From Fistulifera solaris (taxonomy: Eukaryota), in NCBI GenBank assembly GCA_030295235.1, contig AP026124.1, positions 1,984,001 through 2,048,000 of the forward strand: DNA of 64,000 bases. Reading direction: 5' to 3'. The notes under the pieces are model-generated. The model made no database searches. It had not been told where the DNA came from and was given only the letters and a program-made list of their open reading frames with translations. Positions 36,318 to 48,127 of the stretch are shown here, piece by piece. Position 1 is the stretch's first letter; each line of letters begins with the position of its first letter. Made by a program: the position numbers and the translations under genes.

Positions 36318-39184
36318 CTATAACATCATCTCCGATTGATCGTCATCGGAGTCTTGAGACGTCCCCGATTGTGCCATGTCTTCATCGGAAGCTTTTGCAA
36401 GAAACTGCTCATTTTCTTCGTCATCGTCAGCAGCACCGCTTTGATTATCGGACACTTCCGAATGCAATCCAGGATCTTTATCCATCGACTCCACGTTATC
36501 TACCTCCATTCTTTCTTCACCTCTCCCATTTGGAGGGATTTCAAAATAGGGACAAAGAAATTTGATGAATGTTCCCAATTTTTGTTGATCCGCCAAATGA
36601 CGACTTCCGTCCATTGCGTTTCGTCTGCAAACTCTTCAAACGCCGTCTGTATCGTAGAAACATTTAACTTCACCGGCCACAGCTTGCTGACTGCGAGCGG
36701 TGCGTCCGTTGCCCCATTTCCATTTATTATGAAGCTTTCCAGTCCTTTCGTCAAAGTATCGACGAGATTTGTATCGTTACCAAGCAACGAAAGCAGCAAT
36801 TTTCTCAGAGGACCGTCGAAAAGCTTATTACTATCACAGCGCCCCTCTATGCATTCCTGAAGAAGGTTACCAGCATGGCTAAAGTCCCATTTTGAACTAT
36901 TGCAGCGTTTTTGGTGATGCTGCATCGCAAGCGGGTCCGGCGTCTGGAACCAAACCGAGCCTGGTGCACGGAAGGCTAGCGGTATACCGCTACACATTTG
37001 ACACATCCAGTATGGCTGTTGTTTCGTCGACACGTTGACGAAGCCATGAGCATTGAAACCGTCCATCGTTTGACATTCTGTTACGATATTAGAAGAAGAG
37101 ATTGATTGTAAGCGCTCAAACAGTCGATTGAAATATTTTCGCTGAGAACCAAATTGCAGACTAGCACACTGAACGGAGTGAATCTTCCTCGTCGCCACCA
37201 AGGCTTGCTTCACGTCAGTTGGGAGGTAAGTGCAATTTAGAAAGTGATTGTAGTAGCTCGAATTGAGTGCTGAAGCATAGTTGTCTGGAGCTGAGGGGTA
37301 GGATCGACCCGAAGGAGAAACTTGACACTCGCGGTCATGACAGTGTATGCAAGACAACCCATAAAGCTGAGATCTTGTTGGATTGTTCGGACCGACTGCT
37401 TTGAGCTGACGCATGGCCAGGAAGACGTAATCAGACACAAGACTCCGATCCTCGGGTCGAATCAAAAAATCGTTAACCGCGGGGTCCCAATCTCTCTCCG
37501 CGCCTTGTAGCACCGTTTGGGTTTCTTGGTCGTCGACAATTGGGTAATTGGGCGCATTTTCCATTTTGCTAGCCGTGACTATTGGTGCCGCCGCTCTTGC
37601 GTCTGTACTTTTAGTTGGTGGCGACAAAAGACCTTGTTCTAGCGGCAAACTTGCAATGATTGGTGCCATCTCCTCCTCTGTTTTATCGTCAGCGCGAATC
37701 CTTTCCCATAAGTCCTGCATGAATTTCCGTTGAGAACCGTACGGTAACTGAACCAATTGTCTCGTGTGTAAACGCTTATACTCGGTGAGAGCTCGTTTTG
37801 TTGCCTGGGGCATGTGACGACACTTTTGCACATGTGCCCAAAATGAATTCATAATCGATGATACCATGTTGTCAGCAGCCGAAGGATAGGATCGAAAACA
37901 CTCCATTGTATCCGCGCAATGACGACATGAGTATCCCGCCAATCCTACATGTACTCCCTTTGCCCTTTTACCTCTCGAGGATATATCGGAAGGAAGAGCA
38001 TTGCAGGTTTTCATCTGCCGAACTGTGAGGAACATAAAGTCTGTTACCAGAATTTTTTGCTCAGCTGTACACAGATTACTTTCATCTAGGTCAGCAATGG
38101 CTTGAGCCAGCACTCTTTCCGATGCTTCATCTGCGTTTATTTTCGTTGCAGTTGCAGCGGACGATGACACCACCTTCGCTGGTGATGCGGTAGTTGAAGA
38201 ATCTAGACCATCGTAGTCATCGCCGCCAGTCGAGTGTTGGTGAATCTGGTGCTGCTGCCTTATCGTTTCCAAGGGCAATGGTTCCAAAGAAAGATCCCTT
38301 TCAAATCGCAAGCCGTCATCTGTATCGGTAAGACCTATTCTCTTTGCTGCAAGAATGTAATACAGAGGAACTGAAAAAGCACTTTTGAATCGTTTCGATG
38401 ATAGCTCAGATTGTTGTTGAATAAAATCGAGTTCCTGACGTGCAACATTTGACATATACTTGCAATTATGTTCGAAATGCAAAGTCGGCTTTTGTGTGCA
38501 GATGGTATGTAAGCTGTTCACGTTTGTTGGGTATGACATTGCTCCTATCGGCCAAGGATCCTTCACGGATCGGCGTGCTGCTTTGCAGTGAATACACCTA
38601 ATTCCAACTCGTCCTACCGTGACAGCACGTCTTCCCGCCTGAAGAAGTGACGCGTCTTCTACAGTTGCAGAAAAGAATTCAAATTGTCGCCGAGTCCAGG
38701 TCTGTAAAGGTGACAAGTAGAAGCTGTCGTCTGCCATTGCCATCGAAATCACTCCTTCGTACCATCCTTCGTCGCGATGAGATGCAAGTGCAGACGGAAT
38801 AGTGTCAGGGTGAATATCTATCATACAGCTATCTTCGACTTTGATAGCAACGCCCTCTTTTAATCCAAGTTTCGCATTCACATCAATACGCAGACGTTTT
38901 GGTTGCTCAGTTTGCTTTGCCAGTGACGATGTAACTGGCTCTATTTTCACAGTTGATGGGATCAAGTACGGATCAGGCACCTTTGCTTCTGAATCTTCGT
39001 CTCCGTCATTGTAATTCATAGTCAATAGAGTCAAAAAAGAGGGATATCCCTTTGCGCGTCGAGCAGCCCGACGAATCTTGCGACGACGCTGTTTGCGTTC
39101 TTCATATTCAATTTCTTCCGAATCACTTCGTACCCGCAAAGCCGGCGGTTCTTCTAGAATTTGAACATCACTGTCATCATCCAT
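36318..39184 (-). CDS. Large hypothetical protein with three or four repeated Cys/His (CxxC...HxxxC) modules
   Basis: 894 aa ORF plus an acidic tail reached through a frameshift near 36580. Repeats: VGIRCIHC..SYP..HFEHNC, AGYSCRHC..SYP..HVQKC, YGLSCIHC..SYP..HFLNC and CQMC..HQKRC. Confidence 0.75.
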
Positions 39185-39624
39185 CCTTCAAACTGCATTG
39201 AATAGGTACAACAAGTAACAATCCAATGACGGATATTTATGGTTCTCTCGGTTCATTTCAAAAATTGCATCGGCAAACAGGACGCGCACCGCACAATCAG
39301 GAGTGCCGCTCGAGCGATCACGAGAGAGTGCTGCAGTCACGCATCGCATCGACTAAGCTGCGTGAGGACAGGGAACAGGGAGTCATGACGTGGGTCGGGT
39401 CTTGTTTTCGTTATTAACACAAGTTCAGTCTTGTTCATGCCAGCTTCAGCTAAAAAAATCACTCTTAGAAGGAAGTAGTACGTATTAGTACCGGTTAGGG
39501 CCGCCTTTCTTCTCTTCACATTTTCCCGACAAAAATTCCCTCCAAACGACTGCCACATTTTTCAAAATGAAAATCATGCATAATCAATGCCCATCACTTT
39601 CAATGAAACCATTTCACTCGAACG

Positions 39625-40407
39625 ATGACGAAGTTACTCAAATCGCTAACAGTATCCTCGGTGCTTGTTTCTGTATCGTGGGCGCAGAACGATGTCACGA
39701 CTAGCACATTGCCCGAAATGACAGAGCCGTTGTGCAGAATGGATGGCGATCGGTTGACATGTAGCAACATCATGTCAATGATGGAAGATATGAATGGGCA
39801 TCCCGTTCTTATATCATCAAGTGTTTCATGTGCATCAAGTCCATCAATGTTTGATTTCCGACAAGCGGAAGGCTGTACATGCACGGCGCAAGTTACGACT
39901 GGAACCGAAACTAAAACCTGTGGTTGCACGGTCTGCCCCGCCGGCTACGGAATCAATCCACTAAGCGTCGATTGTGGAGACCAAGAAGATCCCTACGTCA
40001 TGGATACTTGCACATCATTGGACTGCAATTTTGATTGCAATGGAAAATGCTCTGGTAGCTGCGATGTCGACCCTCTCCCGACAGAATGCGCAAGTTTGTG
40101 TTCCAGAGACGGGCATATTTCCGAGTCGGATGAATTTATAGAGACCCAATCAGATATTCCATCCGAGATTCCTTCGGATGTACCGTCGGACGTTCCATCC
40201 GGCCTGCTGTCGGACATACCATCCGATGTGCCCACAATAACGCCCACTCTGTCTCCCACTTTGACTCCAAACATTCTGGCTCAAACTACTCCATCCGCTC
40301 CATCTTCGTCCCCGGTTGCTCTAGATGTCATTAGCGGCTCATTCAGTCTGCACAGAATGGTTACTTTTGCCCTGTCGACTGCAACAGTCATGTTCTTCAC
40401 TTTGTAA
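39625..40407 (+). CDS. Secreted Cys-rich cell-surface protein with PSDVPS/PT mucin-like repeats and probable GPI signal
   Basis: Signal peptide (..VSVSWA-Q), a Cys-rich domain, SDIPSEIPSDVPSDVPS and PTITPTLSPT repeats, and a hydrophobic C-terminus. Confidence 0.8.
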   Translation: MTKLLKSLTVSSVLVSVSWAQNDVTTSTLPEMTEPLCRMDGDRLTCSNIMSMMEDMNGHPVLISSSVSCASSPSMFDFRQAEGCTCTAQVTTGTETKTCGCTVCPAGYGINPLSVDCGDQEDPYVMDTCTSLDCNFDCNGKCSGSCDVDPLPTECASLCSRDGHISESDEFIETQSDIPSEIPSDVPSDVPSGLLSDIPSDVPTITPTLSPTLTPNILAQTTPSAPSSSPVALDVISGSFSLHRMVTFALSTATVMFFTL

Positions 40408-40932
40408 TGATAAATTTTTAAAACAACATAACTCGATCTGTAAGAGCTCATCGCAACGGAATGGGTACAACACTAAGATGATGTCGGCTGTCTGATGGAG
40501 CGCGCTGCATGCACACAGGTAAGCATGAAGTTTCATTCCCTGGTATTCGATTGGAAAGTACCATTTAGCGCAATACCGCACGCAAAATAGGTCGAATAGT
40601 GATAGAACTATCATAACTTAGTCCTTAGGGTTGTATTTCGTGATTTGGGGCATGCTGTGGTGCAAAACGTCCGGGGTTCAAGTAGCTCATGCAAATGAAA
40701 TTCGGTCAATATTTTCCCGGGACTGAACATGGTAGTATGGTAGTATAGTAGACATAACCTGGTACCGGTAAATACCGGTACCGATGGGATGAGCTGCGGC
40801 ATCAATGAATATGAGGTGCAAAAACGAAAGTGTTCTGCGTTATCTACTCGCATTGTTCTCAGCATCCATTTGCAAAGTGATGAATCAAGCACATTGACAA
40901 CATGTTACAATTGAATCAATGAGGAATATACT

Positions 40933-42377
40933 ATGATTTGCGCTTCATGGATTCTACCGAAGATTTTTGTACGCAACAACGGGTGGATAACACTAATTAG
41001 CAAGGAAGCCTGCGTCGCATGGTGCACTCCTCCGAATGCGCGTTATCGTTATACCTCAACATGGCAAACAACTCCTCGAAAATCCACTTTAGCTCCAGCA
41101 TTAAATGCTTCCGGACATTCATTTAAAGTATTGAAATTATCGTATAATCGAGGAGAAATTGAAACCTTCAATATGACGACAACTCAGCTGCTGAAACAGG
41201 CTTCCATTCTCCCCCGCGATTTATTCACATTGAATATCACCAGTCGACAAGAACGCCGCATGAAAATGCGACCAGAACGATATGTATCGGCTATCGTTCC
41301 GAAAGAATCAGTCGTCTTACTCTCGTTTGGTAGTATTCGCGCCGTCGTGGGTCTCGACCACGTCTTTTCTCTTTGATGCGCACAAACCCATGGTTCAAAG
41401 CTTTGCGCGAGAAGTGGCGGCCTTCTTTCGATCCGGCAATTTACACGGCGAACCGCCGGAACTTGTCTTTTAGAGCAAGTGTTGAACAGTACTGTGGATT
41501 CATTCAATCGTCGATTGCGCTTGTATGAGCCGATCGTCGACTCCTTCCTCGACAAGGTCTCGAACGAAATATATTCGGATACCGGAGTTCATCAGCTCGT
41601 TCCATTGAAGGATTCTTTACAGTCATTCGAAATTCAAGTCAAACAGAGTATTGATTGTTTGACCGGTTTATTGAACCAAGACGACGAAATGCTTGATTTG
41701 CTTTTGACCGAACAAGAAGAGGCTCGTTTTCAAGGCTTGACGGTCGAACATACGCGCCACGAGCATGTGGAATTACTACTCGGTGTATACGCCAGAGAAC
41801 TGGATAACATATCGGCGGAAATTAGCTATGCGTTAGGACGACTTCAATCGAAACAAGAATTTGTGGCCTTGTCACTTGCTGGTTATCGTAACAGGATGAT
41901 CCGCATGAATGTTCACATAGGAATAGCAGGACTGACGTTTGGTTTCGGTACTACTGTAGCTGGTTTCTTTGGCATGAATTTAATGAACGGCCTGGAGACT
42001 TCTCCGATTGCTTTCGATTACGTAATACTGAGTGCTCTGGGGGCGGAGGACTCATTGCAGTGGGCGCATTGAATTATCTGAGCGGATCGGCTATGCAAAA
42101 ACGTGCTTCGAAACGACTGGAAGAAATCGAGACATTGACCAACGCACTCAGTGATTTGGGTGCCATTGACTATTCGATCAAAACGACACTCCGGCAAGGA
42201 CTTTCCGTAGACCGTCAAACGTTCCGTAAGATGTTGGAGAAGGCACGACCCAACAGAGAAGTCACCGAGGCAGAGGTCGATCTAATCTTTAATGTGTTTG
42301 ACCGAGCCGAAGATGGTCACATTGACGAGCACGACGTGCCCTCGAATACCAACTCATTACCATCGAATCTTAACTGA
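40933..42377 (+). CDS. MRS2: MRS2/CorA-type Mg2+ transporter with C-terminal EF-hand
   Basis: ILPRDL, IRAVVG, PPELVFLE, LLNQDDEMLDLLLT, VELLLGVY, RNRMIRMNVHI and VAGFFGMNLMNGLE (GMN motif). Tail VDLIFNVFDRAEDGHID. Frame breaks near 41370, 41470 and 42040. Confidence 0.88.
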
Positions 42378-42405
42378 ACTACGATCTATTGTTTCAGTTT
42401 TGTGA

Positions 42406-43116
42406 TTAGTTCTCTATGCTAGTGTTTGGTATTGTTCCAGGCGGGGTTACGAGTTGCAAAAGAGCTTTCGCAGCAGGAATCTCCCATTCTTCATCATAAA
42501 AGACAACTCGAAATTTTCTATCAACGTCTTTCTGATACCAGAACTTAGTTCGACCAATGACATCAATTCTTGGTTTCCATGGTAGTCGTTGTAGATTGCC
42601 TACCATATTCCATCGTGTTAGCACGTATCCTGCCTTTTTATTGAGTTGAATATCAAAGAGCACCGAGCTGCATTCACCCGGAGGCACCAAAGCGTCGACA
42701 ATCGGTCGCAAGTTTTGAATATTGCGCACAAAAACGTCTGTTCCGGTGAACGACAGTGTCGGATCTGTAAAGGTACATTCGTTATCAAAGGCGGTCAAAT
42801 CGATATCGCCCGTCCATAGATAGTTCTTTCGAGTATAATCCTCGCGAATGCGCTTCAACAACTCTTCCGGTGATCTCGGTGAATCCTTGTTTGGTGTGTC
42901 AGTATTCATGGATGGTTTGTTTCTCGTAAAGGTATTCACCAAGGTCGTCAGTGAAGAGACGACACGTTTTGAGGCAACATTCGAACTATCGTAGCTGGAG
43001 GTGTTCTTTTCTTTTGGAACAAGCTTTTCGTACTTGAAGCGAGTTGAAAAGGCGACAACATCGTTGCTGCCGAGTATGTAGATAGATAAGAATGTTTTTA
43101 ATAGGTATTTTGTCAT
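42406..43116 (-). CDS. NTF2-like (DUF2358-type) protein with bipartite plastid-type leader
   Basis: Leader ending VVA-FS. Domain pattern IREDY..NYLWTGDIDLTAFDNECTFTDPTLSFTG..TRWNMVG..LPWKPRIDVIGRTKF..YDEEWE. Confidence 0.78.
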   Translation of the reverse strand: MTKYLLKTFLSIYILGSNDVVAFSTRFKYEKLVPKEKNTSSYDSSNVASKRVVSSLTTLVNTFTRNKPSMNTDTPNKDSPRSPEELLKRIREDYTRKNYLWTGDIDLTAFDNECTFTDPTLSFTGTDVFVRNIQNLRPIVDALVPPGECSSVLFDIQLNKKAGYVLTRWNMVGNLQRLPWKPRIDVIGRTKFWYQKDVDRKFRVVFYDEEWEIPAAKALLQLVTPPGTIPNTSIEN

Positions 43117-43282
43117 GTTTGATTTGAAAACTATGAAGAGGGTTTGACAAACATGAAAGTTTGCGACGACGAGATGCGACGTTGCATTTCGAATTTTCCT
43201 CCTGACACGTCATCATCGCCACTCCTAATCGAGCAGAGCGATTCAAGAAAACTAGGTGGAAGGCATATTAATTCTGCTAGTT

Positions 43283-44914
43283 TTAGCTCACTAGATAAGG
43301 GCTGGATAGCGTCGCAAAACCAGAAGCGACACCGCCTTCATCCACATTGCTAAACTTGGTGCGCAACAAGAAACCTCCGTATTCATTGTGCACGACGTCT
43401 CCGTCACATGAGGCAACAATCGTCCCAAAGCAGCCCAACTCGGAAATGGAATCTCCAGATCCTTCGATACGACCCGATCGTAACAAAATCGCTTTTTGCT
43501 CGGGAGGGAAGAGACGCTCCATTAAAATATATTCACCCAGCGAATTATCTAATTTCATCTTCTTGTCATTACCCACTTGCACGTTGGCCCTGATCTTCTC
43601 CGCCAAGTTGTCTCCATAGAAATTATAGCCGCCGCCTTCACGCTGCGGTTTCAAAACGTATTTCGCTTGTCCACCTTCCAGCACTTTCTGCAAGGCATCC
43701 AAATCGGCACCTGTGGCGTCCTCACCCAAGCTGTAGAGACCAGCAAAGGCTTTTTCTCATGCGCTGCGCCATATCCGCATCGTCAATGAAACGTTCCAAA
43801 ACACCCGGCCGCGCCAACTCTTGCTGCACTTTCTTCGTTCCAGCCAAATGATAGCCCAAATTGGGTGATTTGGTCGCACGAGACTTTTCCAGCATGGCTC
43901 TCGCTTGCCATTCGACACCATCATAGCCATCGGGATAATCGGTGGGCGCATAGCCGGCGCGATAATACACAATCGCGATCTCTCCTTCAGCAATTGAAAT
44001 CGCACCCGTTTCCTCGTTCACAATCAGTTCCGCACGCAATTGCCGCAAGGATTTGCGGACTACCATTATATTGTAGCGTTCAAAAGATTGAATTCGAGCA
44101 TCCGTTGATCGACCGTGTTGCTCTCACCTTCTTGTACTACAAAAAGCACAATCGCCTGTTTGACACCAAAACGTTCCTGATAGCGTTTCATCGCGACGTT
44201 GAATGCTGCTGGCAAGCATTCCATGGTGGGATTGACGGGGACGGCGTCGTTTTCACTCGATGACGATGATTCGTCTCCGAGTACTGCACGCTTATTCATG
44301 TCCATGAAACTCTGAACGGATCCCGAAAAGCGTTGACACAAGAACAGGTGCAAGGAAGCCACTTTCGAAGATAATCCCGCAAACGATGAAGCGATCGTAT
44401 TAAGTTCGACTTGTTTGATATTGTTTCCTTCGTGCAACATGTAATCGCTGCGATGAATCCCCAGACGATCGGCTTTAACCGCGTGTTGGTTTGGTGTGTC
44501 GACGTAAATCTCTTGATACAACCGTAACAATTGCGCTGTATAAGGATCCGCTTGTGACACCCCTCCGCCGAGTGTCTTTTGTAAGAAGGCGCCATCTCGA
44601 CTGATGCGATCGACGAGAAGATTGAAGGACGGTGCCAACGCTTGGGCTTGCGCAAATGCCACACGCGGATACGCATTGGGTAAGAGCGATATCGGGGCGC
44701 ATTCAAAATACGAGTATTCCGTATTGCCATCCGTTCGTTTCTTTTCGACTTGCACGCCATTCGCGGAAGCATACGCGTTGGCGGCGGATGCGAGGGAATC
44801 GAGGGGCAGATTGAAGTCGGTCATGAGAGCGGTAGTCGGCTGATGGAGCAGAAGTATACCGATGAAAAGAATAAAGTATGACGAAGAAAGAAGTCGGTTG
44901 ATGCGTTGGACCAT
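43283..44914 (-). CDS. GSS: Eukaryotic glutathione synthetase
   Basis: APISLLPNAYP, LGIHRSDYM, IKQVELNTIASSFAGLS, VYYRAGYAPTDY, YHLAGTKKVQQELA, YVLKPQREGGGYN, SELGCFG and LLRTK..DEGGVASGFATLSSPYL. Frame breaks near 44070 and 43750. Hydrophobic N-terminal leader. Confidence 0.95.
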
Positions 44915-45517
44915 ACTATTCTTTCGGGGAGAACAGCTCCAAAGGCTCTTTATCGTTTGGTTTTTGTTTTTTAAATACAATTATCATCAACGTAGAATGA
45001 AGCGGATCGATGTTCTCGGTGGTCCGACGGGCAAATTTCGCGTACTAGTATTTTGGTGGCGACGAATTTACTATACCACCAATAAGTGCAACTGTCTCAA
45101 CGTTACCACGACTGCATTTCAGTCATAAATCATTTTTTTTCCGAGCCCGGCTGCGATTTCACCTCCGTTTGTTTGGCTATCTTGGTAATCTACATTCGTC
45201 TTTCATACGATGCCTTAATCGTTAGCAACATTTGCAATACATAGTACACGCATCGATTTCGTCACAGCAACTTCTCGCTCTCAGGTCGTTGTCAACGAAA
45301 TTTTCTATAGTTCCAAAGTGTTCGATCCACGTTCTCACGACTGCTGATCAGTCACGAGGCACAAAAAAGATCATCATTTCGTTGATATTTGCTCGACTGT
45401 TGCCTATTGCTAGTTTATTGAGTCAAACAAAATTAAAGAATTGAACACTGGTTTGCTTTATAAAAGCCCGCGTCACTCCTGATCCGTTCGTTCCCTCTTT
45501 CATCCAGAATCATCATT

Positions 45518-46456
45518 ATGTCCGAGGGTTCATCACTCCTCGTCAACGTGCTAGCATCCGGTATGGCCGGCATCATTGCGCGTGTCTTCACGCATCCGCT
45601 AGATACAGCGAAAGCACGGTTACAAGCGGTCTATACCACGCAACAAGAACAACATTACCGAGGAACTGTGGATGTTTTGCGAAAGACATTGCGGACGGAA
45701 GGCATCCAAGGATTCTATCGGGGCTTTGGGGCTGTTCTGGTCGGCGGAACACCGGGAACGGCCATTTATCTGTGCGGCTACGAAGCGGCCAAGAAGGGGC
45801 TGGCGGAACAGTACCGTGGAAACGATTTTGTGATTCATTTTACCGCGGGCATGATCGCAGAGACGTTGGCTTGTATCATTTATGTGCCGGTGGATGTCGT
45901 GAAGGAACGCATGCAAGTTCAGCACAAAACAGGAGGAAAATTGACGTATCGCAATAGTTGGGATGCTTTGCAAAAAATTGCGGCAACGGAGGGCTTGACT
46001 GGGATTTACAAGGGATATGCAGCGACATTGGGATCGTTTGGGCCATTTTCGGCGCTTTACTTTGTCTGTTATGAGCGCTTCAAATACTGGACGCGGTTGC
46101 ATTTGACGCAATCGAACAACAGAGAGCTGCGCGAACTCGAACACATTGAAGTACCATTTCATTGGCTGCTAGTGTGCAGCTCATCAGCTGGTGCCTTGGC
46201 TTCTTGGGTCACGTCGCCTCTCGACATGGTCAAACTGCGTTTGCAAGTGCAAAGAGGAATGGATCATTCGAACCGCAACACCTCTTCTACCTATAATGGC
46301 GTTTGGGATTGTTGGCAAAAGACGTATCGCGCTGGAGGGCTAGCCGGCTTGTGGAGAGGTGCCGGTGCCCGCGTACTGTACACAGTTCCCGCAACGACAA
46401 TTACAATGACGAGTTATGAAACCTGTCAATCCATTATAGCAAAGGCTTTGTCGTGA
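45518..46456 (+). CDS. Mitochondrial carrier family (SLC25) protein
   Basis: Three Px[DE]xx[KR]x[RK] signatures: PLDTAKARLQ, PVDVVKERMQ and PLDMVKLRLQ. Confidence 0.93.
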   Translation: MSEGSSLLVNVLASGMAGIIARVFTHPLDTAKARLQAVYTTQQEQHYRGTVDVLRKTLRTEGIQGFYRGFGAVLVGGTPGTAIYLCGYEAAKKGLAEQYRGNDFVIHFTAGMIAETLACIIYVPVDVVKERMQVQHKTGGKLTYRNSWDALQKIAATEGLTGIYKGYAATLGSFGPFSALYFVCYERFKYWTRLHLTQSNNRELRELEHIEVPFHWLLVCSSSAGALASWVTSPLDMVKLRLQVQRGMDHSNRNTSSTYNGVWDCWQKTYRAGGLAGLWRGAGARVLYTVPATTITMTSYETCQSIIAKALS

Positions 46457-46751
46457 TCATTACACAGCCATCTTCAGATGGCGTACTACGAAGCTTCACC
46501 CACACCGGGGACGTACGCTGGCTCGACGGAGATTGCTGTCATCTTCTATTTTTGACTGGACCTCGCAACAAATGCATAAGCACCACTGCTTTCTTCTGAA
46601 AACCTCTCAATCAAACAATTCTTTTAATTTTGCCCATTAATAGACTGCAGCTGCAGTACGTCATCACCTTAAAGTAGTCATAGACAAGCAGATAGAATAA
46701 GCTTGGTAATTATTGGCTTAATCCTAATTTTAGAAGTCTTACATAATGTTA

Positions 46752-47550
46752 TTATGATGTTGTTGTTGTTGTTGTTGTTGTTGTTGTAGGGGATTCTCGC
46801 ATGGTGATCGACACTCTTCGGTCTGATAGCAAGTTTTCGTGCGAGATACCATGAGAGAAATCGTACCGCGCTGCGCCGGTAAGTATCTGTAGCGTTCGAC
46901 GCTTCAACAAGACCCTCTGTATTGAAACCGCCGTGTTGCGATTCCGGGCAACATTCCGAAACGTCATGACACATTCACCGGCAATCGATAGGTTGGCGAT
47001 CGGCTCCTTTGAGAGGTCCCAATTATCAACATGAAGTTTTAGCCAATGCCCTTTGCCTCTCCTATAATCAATAGCGTTGGCCTCATTCGGGATGCAACCC
47101 ATCATCTGCGGAAGAACGTTTAACTTCGGAAACAAGATACTTTGCACAAAAGTCAGGCAAAGGATTCTCTGCTGCAGTGACTTTCCTCTCTCGTAAATCA
47201 CAGTGTACGCCCCATCTCTTTCCTTCGTGAAGCCCGTAAGAGTTTTTACCGCTCCATGGTAAAAATTCATCCCTCTTGGATGCGCCTTCTCCATCCAATT
47301 GAGCCATAATTTCTTTTGCTTCCTCCTCCGATATAAAATCCTCAAAGAGAAATAGACCGGGAATGGGTTCGCTATAGCGTTGTCCAGGTAAATCATCCTT
47401 TTCAATCGACGACAATCTCTGACTGCTATTATAATTAGAGACGTGGACCAATAGTCGTTGCAAGGGGAATGGAGTGTGGCATGCCGTTTCGAAGTCCCTG
47501 TCACTTACTAAACGGTATTGTGGATTCTTGAAAAGTAGATCTGACGACAT
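46752..47550 (-). CDS. AlkB-family 2OG-Fe(II) dioxygenase, single-domain tandem paralog of the 48128-49668 gene
   Basis: PIPGLFLFEDFISEEE, PNEANAIDYRRGKGHWLKLHVD, FSHGI and RRVSITMR. One frameshift near 47148; ends in poly-Thr; start uncertain. Confidence 0.75.
46758..46787. repeat. (GTT)n microsatellite, about 9-10 units
   Basis: gttgttgttgtt... read directly. Encodes the poly-Thr end of the AlkB paralog on the minus strand. Confidence 0.9.
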
Positions 47551-48127
47551 ATTCACTTGACGAGACGGGTGGAACATTGTGGGGCGCCTTTGTTGATGCA
47601 TGCTGAATGCTGAGATATTTTTCGACGGCGTATTGGGAGTTGGGAGTTTCCGTGTAGCTTGCTTGATAACCAAATAGAAAGAAATGGCACGACGCGCAAA
47701 TACAGAGGCAATAAAAAACAGAGAAGGTGCTTCAATTCGAAAAGGGCTTCTCATGTTTTTCTTAGGGTCCCGAAACATGATCTGATTGGCTGGTCAAATT
47801 TCAAAATCTCAAAATACTGGTTTTGGCGAGGGTTTGGACAACTTAGAGAAAGATCGTATGTTTTGCATTATGGCTTCTCTATTCTGAGAGGCGTAACTTT
47901 GAAAAAAGAAACTCGCCCACGTCTGACTTGGCAGGCAATTTTGTCGTATTTAATTGCGTGGACAAAAACGCAAACGCTTAACCGCTATAGTCGATGAGAT
48001 CGCGCTGTAACGGCTGAGCCCAGGTACGTTGATTTTCATGGAATGTCTGCAGTCTGCAGTGACCCCATGACGTGTTATGAAATTTGCCCGTCATTCCTAG
48101 CAAGTGATCTGCCCAAAAATAACGTCC

